A stretch of DNA of 62,599 nt, the filler included, from Hausera hauseri (Eukaryota), in the NCBI GenBank assembly GCA_046269625.1. It is 13 parts of 13 records of this genome, joined end to end, with 100 filler letters (N's around TTAATTAATTAA, not from the genome) between each part and the next. Parts side by side here need not be neighbours in the genome. Positions count along the whole stretch, not along the records: positions 21,889 to 27,126 come from JBJURY010301722.1; positions 27,227 to 31,485 come from JBJURY010671995.1; positions 31,586 to 35,574 come from JBJURY010836748.1; 10 more parts are not named here. One strand, written 5' to 3'. The notes beneath the pieces are model-generated. The model saw nothing but the letters and a program-made list of their open reading frames with translations. It was not told where the DNA came from and searched no databases. A program made the translations under genes and the position numbers. Of this stretch, positions 21,789-35,674 are shown piece after piece. The stretch's first letter is position 1. Every line of letters begins with the position of its first letter.

Positions 21789-23691
21789 NNNNNNNNNNNN
21801 NNNNNNNNNNNNNNNNNNNNNNNNNNNNNNNNTTAATTAATTAANNNNNNNNNNNNNNNNNNNNNNNNNNNNNNNNNNNNNNNNNNNNCCCAAAATTCCC
21901 AGGCCAGAAATTCCTAGGTTCTTCATTAATAATTCGGAGATACCTAACACACCAACGGTTCTATTGGATTCCAATTCTTTGTGCATAGAATCCGAGAATA
22001 ATTTGCCAATACTCCTTGCCGATAATGACATAACCTTATCCAACTGTACAGCGTTTTCTAACAGTCATAGGAAAAACAATTTACCCCATTTCAATTAATA
22101 TCAAATCCAATTCCATCACATCCGTAATCCGTCGGATAATGTTTCGTTGAATGAAAGTTTAAATGAGAATTTATCAATCAAATATTACTTACGGAATAGT
22201 TTAGAGAGTATGACAACATAAATTGCCAATTCAAATGACATTTGATTGTTTCAAGAAGGCAAAATGATAAATAATTACACACACTGTGCACTATCGATCA
22301 GTGTACCGCTAAGCATCGTTGTTAAGCACAATTTTGCACAATTCACAAATCGATCGCTGCACAGTACAGTATTGGTCGAATCGATTGTAGCAAAGTGCTA
22401 ATGGATAGTGCACATCAGTGCGCATCGACTAGTGCACAGTGCAGGTGTGCAGCACATGTGCAAGTGTGCAAAACTCAATAATATCTCATTTCCGATATTC
22501 CCAATATTGATTACTGTGGCACGGCACCGGGTGCAATCGGTAGCACACATAATGCACTGTGTGTATGCGAAGTTAGAATTTAAATATATTGATTGGTTTT
22601 CGAATATTTGCCAACTGGGACAGAACATATATAGGCCTTTCCGGTATAAATTGATAATCTATAATATCCATATGGCATATACACCGGCGAGTACAGAAGT
22701 TGATGTACTATTGATTAGTGCAATACTCGAGTGAGGTGTGCTCTTGGATACGGTTGCCAAGGCACTTTTTCACTTTTCACATTTTGGTCACTGTGCATCG
22801 TAGAATAAATGGAATCGATCGGAGTCAAGAACAGGTAGATAGAGCACATCGAGATGCATCTTGATATATACTGTTCAGTGCAAAAACACATGAAAGAGTG
22901 CAAAAATCAATAATATAGGATTTTCGATATTTCCCTTTTTGATAATTATGACATGTGACCGGCTAAATCGATCGAATAATATCAATCCAACGTGCAACTG
23001 GGACAGACATTCCATAGGTTTTTTAGGCCCTAAGGAAGCAAAATTCGATATAACATTGATCGAGGACATATAGGAAATCAACTATGGCGATCTCGATTCT
23101 GGAGTCGAATATACGAAATTCGGATATGTTTAGGCTCGAGTATCGAATATCGAACTATTCAAAAAATCTAACAGCAGCAATCGTTTCCTCATATACGAAA
23201 ACCCCTTCATGAATAAAAATTATTCCATGGAAATGTACTATATAGACAAAATCAATATTTCGAATTAAGGAAAATGTGCATTTAAAGACCAGTGAAGAGG
23301 AAATTAATAAATCTAATAGCGGGACTGATAGAAAGTCATGTATGTCGAATTGGAATATGACACTATGTATTCGAATTCGAGCTCACAAGTCGAATACTTA
23401 GCTATTTGTACTCGAAAATTCGGTCAAACATGCATTATTCGAAGGATCTAATGAGGCCATTCGATTTCCCGTGGTCGAAAACCTATTTGAATTTGGCGCC
23501 GCCTTCTAATTAATTTAACTGATGCATTAAAACAAAAGCGCATTAAAACCAATCAATAAGCAAGGCAGTGCATGGTGATATGGCAATATATTTCATTATT
23601 TCCAAAATCACTTCAACGAATGGTGAGATTTTTAATTGTGCTCCTCAAATAATTGGTTGATTTTTAGATGTGAAAACTTTACAGCGAATGT

Positions 23692-26600
23692 TTGGCTCAA
23701 ATCCACGAGCCGGAAAATTGCCACAATAATATGAAGAAGTACTTTGGCCATACGTACAACAGGGTTCAGTATTATATATGCCTTACATGTGAGGTAGTGT
23801 GCCAAATCAATTATGACGACTTTTACAATGTCTATGAACAGCAGTTGATTCTTCACCATGTCGAAAAACAAATATTCAGTACCAATATGCCAATAACGAC
23901 TTTCGTGCCGAAGGAAAATCGAGGGTGAAGTTCATATATTTATTGCACATGTGTAATACACAACCCTCAGAATTGCCACAATGCCATGAAGAGCTATTAT
24001 GAACTCAAATTCAATAGGATCATCTATTATATCTGCCCAGGATGTGAAGCTGTATGTGATGGAGAATACATACAATTTTATGAAGATCACAAACATTATT
24101 TGACTGACTTGGCATCAAAGTCAAAAAAGATCATCTTTAATGACAATAAGACAGTTGCAACACAGCCTGCACCACAACGGCTTGTAGTACCACAGCCTGT
24201 AGTACTACAGTCTGCAGTACCACAGCCTGCAGAACAGCCAGACGCAGGACTAAAACGCGCATCGGGCGCATCAGGCGCATCAGGCGCAGCGGCTCCATCA
24301 AATAGTCAAAGACAGCGGCTAGTTGATGCTGCAGCATTAATGAAAAAATGCCGCAAATATGTCATTGATGCAACTGGTCAAACAACCATAAAGGAGTCCC
24401 TGGAGTACACAGAGGAAGAAACAGAGGGGATTCTTTAGGACAACATAGCTGAGCTCAAGGCCATTAAGGCTAATATGAAACTTGAGTCCACATACGTCAA
24501 TGTTGATGGCAAAGAGTCCAAAAGGGCCTTTAAGACAAGACATAGACCCATTTTGAAGCCACCAATATAGTAGAATGGCTGCATGAAGAGCATGCAAAGC
24601 TGATCCGTGAATCCGATGAGAGTCAGTATAAGAAGAGCGGATGGACTCTGGCAACCATCAAGAGATTGCTTGTGTATGTTCACAAGTACTCTCTAATGCG
24701 GAGCAGTTCTTATATACATCTTCCGAAATGGATCGCTAATAAAATGCATGTGTCAATGTCCATAATAATGACAACAAGTGTTTCATATATGCCATTCTAT
24801 CAAAACTCGTACCGGATCAAAAATATGCAGAAGATCGAGTTTGGCTATATGATGATTTGAAGCACAACTATGACTTCCAGTGTATCACATTCCCTACATC
24901 CTTAGATGCAATTAAGAAGTTCTGCCGAATCAACAACATATCCATCAACACCATTGGATTCGATGAGGAGGACAAATTTTATCCCCTGCAGATATATGAT
25001 ACTGAATTGGAAGATCATAGGGATCTGCTCCTACTAGACGATGGAGAAAAGACACATTATGTTTGGATCAAGAATCTTGAGCGTCTAGTCAGATCCCAAA
25101 TTACGAAACATAAGGAAAGAATAGAAATATGTAAACGATGTCTGTCTCATTTCAGTGGTGATACAGCAATGGACAAGCTTGCAGAGCACAAAATGTACTG
25201 CAACAACAATTAATGTATCAGGTCAGAATTTCCTAAGGAGGACTATATTGAATTCAAGGAGTTGGAGAAGAAGATCAAGGTCCCAATAGTTATCTATTGC
25301 GACTTTGTAGCTATTCTCGGGCCAATTCACAGCTGCACTCCCAGTCCTCAACACAGCAGCACAGCGGCATAGCAGTATCATGAACTCTCATCGTATTGCA
25401 TGTATTCCAAAGGATTGGACAGTGAACCATTTCTATTCAGAGGTCCAGGCGCAGCAACACATTTCATGAAACGACTTGAAGATATGGCTCATAAGCTTGA
25501 AAATATGCTTCAGCAACATAAGGATAATATGAGCATATATAAGCAGCAAGACGAAGAATGGCGCAGGGAAACAATATGTTACTTGTGCTCCAAGTCATTC
25601 ACCAAGGAAAATCATAAAGTAAAGGATCATTGCCATTTTACAAGTGCATATCGGGGCGCAGCATTCAACTACTGCAATCTGCGTTGCAAAACATGTACAT
25701 ATGTGCCTGTAGTGTTCCACAATCTCAGTGGCTATGATTCCCATTTAATAGTCCGAGAATTAGGCGACATTGAAGGAAACATTGAGGTGATACCTAATAG
25801 TGAGGAGAAGTATATCACATTTACGAAGCATGTGGGCCGCATCAGACTTCGCTTCATTGATAGCTTCCGCTTCATGAGCTCGTCACTGGACAGTTTAGTA
25901 AAGAACCTCCCTGCAGAAGAACTCAAGGAGACGAAGCGGTTCTTCCCCACTACCTTTGACCTGGTTAAAAGGAAAGGCGTGTTTCCTTATGACTACATAA
26001 CCTCATGGGAAACACTGGATGAGACTTCATTGCCGGACAAGAAGGAATTTTACAATATCCTCTCTGATTGCGATATTAGCGATGCTGACTACCAGCATGG
26101 CCAGAAGTTCTGGCATGCATTCAATGCCGAACATTAGGAGAATACAGCGACATATACCTCAAGGCGGACGTGCTGTTGCTCACAGATGTCTTTGAAAGTT
26201 TCAGGGATGTTACAATGAAGAGCCATGCTTTGGATCCGGCTCATTTCTTTACGACTCCATGGATGAGCTAGACAGCTATGCTGAGATATACCGGCATAAG
26301 GCTGCAGATCATTAAGAATTACGACATGATCCTTATGATCGAGAGAGGCATTAGAGGTGGAATATGCCAGGCCATTCATCGGTATAGCGAGGCCAACAAC
26401 AGGTATATGACCCAGTATGATCCATCCAAGGAATCCTCATATATATCATACCTGGATGCCAACAACTTGTATAGCTATGCAATGAGCGCCTCATTGCCGT
26501 ATGATAACTTCAAATAGGTCGAACGCCCTTAAAACATTTCTATATTGGACCTGGATCCCACTGTAGATACGGGATACATACTAGAGGTGGATATGGAATA

Positions 26601-27126
26601 TCCTGCTTCCATCCACGCAAGGCATCAACAGCTGCCTTTCTTCCCTGAGAGCAGGCCTCTGCCCCATGAAAAGCATAAAAAGCTGATCTGTCATCTGCGT
26701 AACAGTGAGAGGTATGTAGTTCACTCCATCAATCTCCAGCAGACAGATAGACATGGACTTTGTATTACCAAGATCCATAGAGCCCTCCAGTTCAGCCAAT
26801 CCATGTGGCTGCAGCCCTACATAGATCTCAATACGAAGCTTCGGACAAATGCCAAAAACGATTTTGAGAAGGACCAGTTCAAGCTTTACAACAACTCGTT
26901 CTTTGGCAAGACCATGGAGAGTATTTGCAACAGGATCAACATCGAATTGGTACGTGACTGGAAGCGAGCAAAAAAGCTTATTTCCAAGCCTAACTTCCAT
27001 AGCAGCATCATATATGCTGAGAACTTGGTCAGCATTCATATGCTGAAAAATCCTTGGTATTCAACAAGCCCATATATGTGGGTATGGCAATCCTCGACCT
27101 GTCAAAGACCCTGATGTATCATTTCC
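23692..27126 (+). mobile_element. Decayed Polinton/Maverick/adintovirus-type protein-primed DNA polymerase B with EndoVII-like zinc module
   Basis: YCDF (ExoI); C..C...DHCHFT..YRGAA...CNL; VFHNLSGYDSHLI; FIDSFRFMSSSL; KGVFPYDY; YLKADVLLL; GIRGGI; YLDANNLY; KLYNNSFFGK; many stops and frameshifts. Confidence 0.9.
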
Positions 27127-27899
27127 NNNNNNNNNNNNNNNNNNNNNNNNNNNNNNNNNNNNNNNNNNNNTTAATTAATTAANNNNNNNNNNNNNNNNNN
27201 NNNNNNNNNNNNNNNNNNNNNNNNNNAGACTACCACCAAACAATCAATCTGTACAAATTAGCAATGGCCACTGCTGAATGTACGTATGAACCCGAACTGT
27301 TTCTTCCACTGAGACTGACATCGTTTCGCTCACTTTGTGTCAATGTGTTTAGCAGAGGAAAAATTGTTGTACTCGGTATTCGGACAGTGGACTATGAACT
27401 GATTATTAATCAAATTAAAAATCACATAAAATTTTTACTGAATTAAAATAATGTACATTGCACAACAACAACAAACTATAAATACCATTCCCATGCTCAT
27501 TACGACATTACTGCCATGTAAGACGATGACAAAACCATTCTAATCAATGATGATTAGAAAAACCGGGCGATTGTCGGGAAACGAAACAGAAACTTGCTCA
27601 GAAATCAGCAGCAGCAAAACCGACGTTAAAATAAAATCGAAGTGCAATAATTGGAATACGTAAACGTAAATCAAAACCGTCGGCGCGTCAAACACAGATA
27701 TTTTTACCGAAACAAATTTTTCGCAAGTATGAAATGTATTTTCTGCAAACGCCGGTACTGATTTCATTGAATGATCCCGTGTCTCTATGTGCACTCAAGT
27801 ACAACTATCGTGTAAAACGGCTTTTGGTTGAAAATTTGGATAATCTTTCTGATGCTCTACATTAATTAAATGTGGATTTAAACTTAAACAAAATGACCC

Positions 27900-30800
27900 T
27901 GCAACAGCAATCGGTCGATTTACCAGTAGTCCATCTGCCATCATTTGTCGGAGCAGTTCGTCTTGATTGATGTTTGCCAGCTCAAGAAAAAAGCTGCTAT
28001 GTCACCGGCAACGATACTGATCTCACAGCCGTCAAACATTTGCCGGTAACGTGCAAAGTCGCGATACTGGAGCTCGTACATTTGCAACTTGCTCAGATCC
28101 AATACCATTTGTCCGAAGTTACTTTGACGGTCCAGAATGACTTCTTCCCGGTTTAACAGCACAGCATCCAATCCATCGAAAATGTGCATTGACCACCGAA
28201 ACTTCACCTTACTTATGTACGTGACAAACTGCTTTTCGCTATATCATGGGCGTATATTGAGCTGTTTTTTCAGATTCTTCACTACTTTTCCGTATAGAGA
28301 ATTGTTTTTCAGCTTGTAGTAGTCCTTTCCGAACTTTGTGCAAGCTGTGGATCGTTTCTCTGAATTTCCATCTACGTACGCCTTGAAGATGGGAGCCTGA
28401 CCGAATCGCATTGCACGATGCAGCTGTGTGACGCGTACACCCAACTGTATGTAGAACTGTAGCACATGCCAATGGACCACGTAGTTCAGCTTCGGTTCAT
28501 GCGTCATGAGCAGTTTCTTCACTTTTGAGCCTGGTGGACATTGGTTAAATGGTGCGACCGCTAAATCGTCCAAAACGTCATGCAGCTCATCTGATACCAC
28601 GACATCGACCTCCATCAGGTATCCGACTGAGCTTGTCATGTCTGCTCGTGGTAACTTAAGCATTATGTCGTCCAGATTTTGCCTGTCGACTACCCATTCG
28701 AATGAACCGTACGGCAAGGATTGCGAAAGCGCCCAGTCGTACAGGTTATTAATATCAATATACAGCAGTGATGTGGTATCGACGGTAGTACTGACCTGAT
28801 GCTTGTTGACAAAAGTCATGCCACAGCGAATACCAACATCAAACAGCCGGTACATTTCCGTGTCTTGCAGCAACTCAATGTCTCGATCCAGTGACATTAG
28901 AGTTGACGCCCAACTCATTCTCGGTATGGAATAAAAGTTGAGTCGCTCCAGTTTATATTCCGCCAAGGCTTTCGCCCAAAACGCCTGGAACACGTTGGTT
29001 AATAAGTAGATGTCCAATTTAAGATACTGGAGCATGTACTCCAACATGTTTCTACAGCCGAGCTGGATCCAAGATTTTTGTGGTCTCCAATATTCAGCTT
29101 CTGTGATGCTTGTCCATCGCGATGATAATTCGTCTGCTGTCCGGAGTAGCTCATACGATGTTGCAAAGTCATATGGAAATATGCCTTTGCTGCGTGCGAT
29201 ATATGCGGGGAACTGCGTCAGTGCTATCGGCACATTTGGCAAGGCATTAACCAGTATTGCCAGAGATTCATTGAGAAATTGCAATGAATCAAGGAAACGT
29301 ACCTGGAACCCGTTTATACAAGCAGTGATGGATATTTCTCCATCGTAGTCAGAATTATGGATAGTTCCAAGTGCAGAAATTTATTTATTGCCCATTTCAG
29401 AATATGGTGACAATCATAACACCTGAAGCTATGAAATACCACCGGTAAGAATTGCCGCATACGCCTTGCAAAATTGCATGAATTACATGCTGCTCCGAGA
29501 TATCAACCAGTAAAATGATCGTGATCCGGTACGAGTCGTTCCAGTGCGTCAAACGGTGATATTCTGTGGCATAGGAAACATTCATCGGTCGCAGCGAATA
29601 TCAGAGGTACATATTCATCTGTGCATATCAACGGTTTAGTGGAATTATTACTATACCACGGTTCTACTTTTGTTTCCACTATCGTTTCCAAATGCTGCAA
29701 AAAAATCACGTATACAGGTCAAGCCGTGAAAGTGTAATACTGCGGCTCGCCGACCGCTTTTATTGGGACAACCAACATACGAACGGCGGCTGGAACATGT
29801 TTTTAATCATACTCGTTGTGCCGTTGTAGAATTCCTCCAATATCGGCATATACCACATATGCCGGACTGTCCGTTTTTGACCAGTCATTGAATCGGAGCT
29901 CCTTTTTGAGTGGCATGACGTACATGTTGTTCCCGTTGAATTCTGCTTGCACAGCGTCACATGTTTCTCCCATGTTGTTTTCGACCTGAAACCATGCAGA
30001 TATACAAGATACCACTTACATTGTAAACTCTTTTCGACAAACTGATGGTGATCTATGTTCAGCAGTCGGTCCAAATTGGTCACTGCCATGTAATAGAACT
30101 TTACTTTTTGCTCTAGCAGTAACAAATATATTGGGCGTCCACTTGCGTTCCGACTTCAATAAATTATGTCCACATAGGGGTTCTTATATATTTCTTCGTT
30201 TGCCGGTATTTCTATTATTGTACTGTACCGCAACACATTTATTGCCAGTATTGTATTACGCCGTTCAAAAGCCGGAGTGGTTTTCAGTTTCATCGGCATC
30301 CAGCATTCATCGAAATTTAATTCGATAAAGTACTGCCGATGCTGATTTGGACGATTTGCACTATGTCTGTCCAATTGGTTATATTTTATTACCGCCATGA
30401 TACTGTAAAGAACATAGTATTCGTCGTCAGTATTTTTTACATTCAATACTGCATGTGAATGCTGCAGGGCTGTTGGTGACGGTATGAGTGATCGCCCGGA
30501 CAGGTAAATTATGTCATTCGACTTTGTTACGACAAACCGAGAGTGACTATTTTTATAATTTGCCAGCCACCATCCTTTTCGCTGTAGTTGGTAATTTTTT
30601 CATTGAGCTTTCGCCTACATCGGCAATAAAATTATCGGAATACGGTTCGGCTGGATCCGACAGGTACCACTGTTTCCTGTCACCTTGCAAGTTTTCAAAT
30701 TTTGCAAGTAAGTGCATAATATTGCACTAAGTAATGGTCTTGATTTTGTTTGATTTTCTCCAATTCGGATTCCAACAGTTTGCGCACATTATGCGGAACA

Positions 30801-31354
30801 TATCTCAATTGCGTTGTTGTTGTCGCCGATATGTTGGCATTTATGTCCACGTACGATCTGTTTAAATCCTACTTGACAATAATAGGCGGTTCATGCTACT
30901 GATGGTGATGATAATGCCCTGTATTGCTGCTTTGCAGGTATTCGTCAAGACTTGTTGAGGGAATACTGCTTTTTTCTGCCTCCATTAATATTTTCTTTTT
31001 GGAACTATGAAACCGGTTACAGTGGTTCCGGTTCTCATTATAAAATTGTTCATAGTTAATTTTATGAACTACAGAACAACAAGCGGGACAACGGTAGGCC
31101 CGTTTACCGTGCACCGTTGTGGCGCCATAGTATTGCCTCATTGCACTATGGCAACCATCAACGTCGTGCACTGTACTTGTACAGTACCGTGAGTGCATGG
31201 GGCAATGCACTAGCATCATCTTCTTCGACCGTGTAAACAGTCCGAGATGATGCTTGTGCATCTTATAAAAATCGGGGTACAGACATTGGGCTGAAATATT
31301 ATTACACGTCTGACACAGATATGATTCCGGACCAATGCTGTAATGTTTCGCCAT
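27900..31354 (-). mobile_element. Second decayed Polinton/adintovirus-type pPolB
   Basis: VYADI; CFLC..DHDHFTG; KGIFPYD; YLKLDIYLL; GIRCGMTF; YIDINNLY; YKLKNNSLYGK; LDLSKLQMY. Confidence 0.88.
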
Positions 31355-31585
31355 CTGTTAATAGCACTGATCACCCTCCACATTTATGCGAGAGACGCAA
31401 TACATGGAATATTGCTTGCATTTCTAAATTTAAACAAATTAACATTTAAAATAGATTAAAATTATAAATAAACTAAATTAAAATANNNNNNNNNNNNNNN
31501 NNNNNNNNNNNNNNNNNNNNNNNNNNNNNTTAATTAATTAANNNNNNNNNNNNNNNNNNNNNNNNNNNNNNNNNNNNNNNNNNNN

Positions 31586-34500
31586 TATGAATAAATGGTT
31601 AGAATATATCAAGATTTTGACATAGAATTTAGATACAGACCTGGTAAGGATAATATGGAGGAAGATGCATTATCAAGGACGTATGATATAATTTCATTGA
31701 TAAATGAGGAAGAACATCTTTTTAATAAAATGCTGAAACAATATCGTGAAACAAATACGAATAATATAGCCAAAAAAGCAAATAGAAGACCAACAAACCA
31801 GCTATATTATCAATTATGTTAAGACTAGAAAGTTTCCACCTCATGAAAAATTGGCCAAATATCTCAAACGAGAAGGTGAGAAATTCATATTAGATGAGAA
31901 TGTGTTAAAATACAATAAAGATGGACAACTTTTAGTAGTCATACCAAAATGACTAAGAAACACCATACTCTGCCAAGAACACGACTGAAATCTAGCAGGT
32001 CATCCATCTTCACGAAAAACCAAAAACGAATAAACCAGAAATATTACTAGCCGACAATCGAACAGAATGTTAATGATTGGGTAGACGAATGCAAAATGTG
32101 TGCAACAATTAAAAATAAAGGAACACGATATAAACCAGAATTGAAATCACTACCAGAAGTAAGTAGTCCAATGGAACTATGTGCCATGGACTTTTCCGGA
32201 CCTTTCCCAACAACTCTAAGAAGGAATAAGTATATTTTATTATGTACAGATTATCTGACTAGCTACACTATCGTAATCTCGACAAAGGACTTGTTAGATG
32301 TCACAGTTGCAAAGAAATTTATTAGCAAAATTGTTTGCCAATTTAGTGCCCCACGCTATCTATTGACAGAGAGCACAAAATTTCCCAAGTAAATTATTGA
32401 GAGAAATAACGGATATATGTCAGACTAATAGATTATTAACAACAGCATACCATCCACAATGCAACGGTAAAGTAGAAAGATTAAACTATACTGTTCAGTG
32501 TATACTATCAGCTATGATAGACAAAACACAAAAAGATTGGGACATTCACTTAAAAGTTGTACAGTTCGCAATAGCGACTACACTACAATTCCATCAGGAT
32601 ATACGCGATTTGAATTAATGTATGGTAGGAAACCACTACTGCCAATGGACATCCAGCTATTACCAGAAAAGGAAATACCTGAAGATTAGTCTGATGAAGA
32701 TATACACAAAAACGTTGTAAATAGTTTAGAAAATTGTTGGAAAAAGCTAAGCAATCTATCAAGCAATACATACAAGACTATCAAGAGTACTATAATAAAA
32801 AAGCTAAACCCCATAAATTTCAACCAGGAGATAAAGTCATGATACATTATCCAGTAGCAAAACCAGGAAAATCACTAAAACTAACGCGCACAGGCAAAGG
32901 ACCTTACCTAGTAGCTAAGGTCATACCTGAAAATATATTTATTGAAAAACGCACTGGTAAAAAGACCAGAATCGAATGCGTATCAGCCCAACTAGTCACA
33001 AAGGACCAAAGGATCCAAAAGCTAAAGAAGAACCTCGGTATTCATTATAATCATCTAAACAACCAGCATGTAGTCTGGAACAATTATTTCTCTTAATCAT
33101 GATTTTTGGTCTAATACTATCATCTACGGCACAAACTTTGGTGACAAATCCTATAACCACAAATTTAGAATTACGAGTAAAATTAGAATTAGTAAATGAA
33201 TTATTCATAGGAGAATCAAAATTCATGGAAATCACTCAATTAATTTTATAACCAGAAGTAAACGACGCAATTTGGTTGTCAACTAAACGTTGTTCAACCC
33301 AACTTTTAAATGAAATCTGTTTTTATTGATCTTCATTTTTAACAACCGAAATGTTATTGAAACCAAAGCAGCAGGTCCTACCTACAGCAAGACAAGTATA
33401 TGTAGAAAAAATGGGCACTACCTTTTTCTTTACCTAGGAAAAAAATTATGAACCAAAACTAATAGATAAGGTTATAGTCAAAAGATCCGCGTTAACAAAT
33501 GATGTCGACTTGCAGACAACATTATTTCACGAGAATATTTAAACATAAGTCTGGTGAAAAGCCCTAAACTTCCATATCCATATGTCATTACTACAATTCT
33601 TCAAAATAAAACAAATAACAACACAAACCATAACAATGTTATCATCTATGAGTAATAAACCATTCACTGTCTCCAACCTGAATAAAATACCCGAATGTAT
33701 CATTATCGCGACAGACTTATGCATTGAGTTCAAAACCTTAGAGTTAGTAAATAATCCTATCTCCATGACCTGTGTAGGAAAATAGCATATTATATATGCC
33801 ATCATAAAACAGCATGAAAGGATGACCAGATGTAATGATCTCCAATCTGATGAGGAATACTTAATTGTTTTTACCCAAGACCAGGCATTAACTCGACATC
33901 AAACGGTTAGAACTCAGACAGGAACCAAAAGATATTTAATACCTGAAGAAATACCAGTCTACGCACAGACACGACTAGTAACTAACCCTAGCATTCAGAC
34001 AGATATGTTAAAAACTATAATACTATTCGTTGTAATAATACTCCTTCTACAGCTCATATCTGCACCATTTGTAGTCATAGAGATAGAGATGGTCCAAAAA
34101 GCGGACTATAATAAATAAAACCTTATTTCTCTAAACTGGATTAATATTCTCGGTAAATAGCAATACAGACAATGGTGTGGAGTGGATAGTCGACGTTGAT
34201 GGAGTTAAGAAAATTAAAAATCATCACATAACAACACACATGCAAACTTAACAAGTCATTAAAGCACACCTACAAATTAAAACTTACACACACCAATGTG
34301 TGAATACTCAAAAAGACCAATCAAAAATAACCAACGAAAACCTTGCAAGGTAACCACCTACCTTGCCAACAAGCATTTAAATACGACCCGCCATCATTAT
34401 ATTTCTTTTTTAAGTCAAATGAATTCTCTCAATACTCCAATATATAAAAATTTTAATCCGGACTTAGATGAATCAAGTAGTGAATCAGCATCAAATAGTT

Positions 34501-35574
34501 CAATTGAAACAGTAGTCCATAACCCTAAAAGAAGGGTTATACTAACTCCAAAACAATGTACAGATACATTCACATTCCAAAATCCAACTCAGGGATTTGG
34601 ACTAACGAGAGGAATCTTGAGTACTCCAGCAACATTTAAGAAAATGAAAACAACGAAGCCTCTAATAGAAATAAGAAAGAAAGCAATCAATATTGACGAT
34701 TTACCAGAAAATAAGAAATTAAAACTTCAATCTCAGATATTGGAAAATCTACAAAATAGCGAAAAATATCGATTGAAAAATAGATCTTGGCAGGAATTAT
34801 ATGGCAAATTCATCCTAATCTTTTATATTACGATTATCTGTATCCATCAAAATTTTATGCTCAATTGATCAAACAAACAGAAAATTCGACGGATATCTTG
34901 TATACCGATAGTAAATATATTGATATTGACTTAAAAAGTTCAACGATTAATGATAGGATGTTCCGAATCTTAAAAATAGAGGAGGCACGTTATAATATCA
35001 ATTTAATAGAGTTACTACACCTACAGCCACCTTTCGAAAAGGTCTTAATTCATTTAGCTCGTGGAGTAATACGATCTCGAGCACAATCTGATTGTTATGA
35101 AGCTCTTCACCCTCAAAATTCCATTTTGGAACCTAAGACGTCAATAAGGGTCAAATATTCCGCATTCCAAACGGAAATCTATTTCAATATATTACTACCT
35201 CCGGTAGTTATTGGAATAGAAATTTGCCAGTATATAGATGAAAACGTCGGTCTAGAAGAAACAATATTCTACAAAATACCGGGAAAAGGAGTCTGTAATT
35301 ATCAGCTAACAGAAGCTTGTAATTATAGATATCTGGCCGTCTCTTTGGCATATGCCTCGAATGGAGATCCATTACGGGTAGAAGTGATCATTGCAGGAGA
35401 AGACAAATTAATTATTTATCAAGCATATATAAATCCGAGAAGAAAAATATCAAATACAAATGAACATATACATGGATTACCTCTTTCAATAATACAGCAA
35501 GCTGAAGATGAAGAAGATGGACGAATTAAACTAATTAAATATTAGTGCTAACACCAGTACAATCATCAAAGCAC
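31586..35574 (+). mobile_element. Gypsy RNaseH end, integrase, signal/TM protein and exonuclease-fold domain (decayed)
   Basis: FDIEFRYRPGKDN..DALSR; AMDFSGPFP; TTAYHPQCNGKVER; GPY; hydrophobic LFLLIMIFGLILSSTA near 33085; TM IILFVVIILLLQLI near 34020; VEVII...IIYQAYINP..ISN.NEHIHGL at 35380-35480. Confidence 0.8.
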
Positions 35575-35674
35575 NNNNNNNNNNNNNNNNNNNNNNNNNN
35601 NNNNNNNNNNNNNNNNNNTTAATTAATTAANNNNNNNNNNNNNNNNNNNNNNNNNNNNNNNNNNNNNNNNNNNN

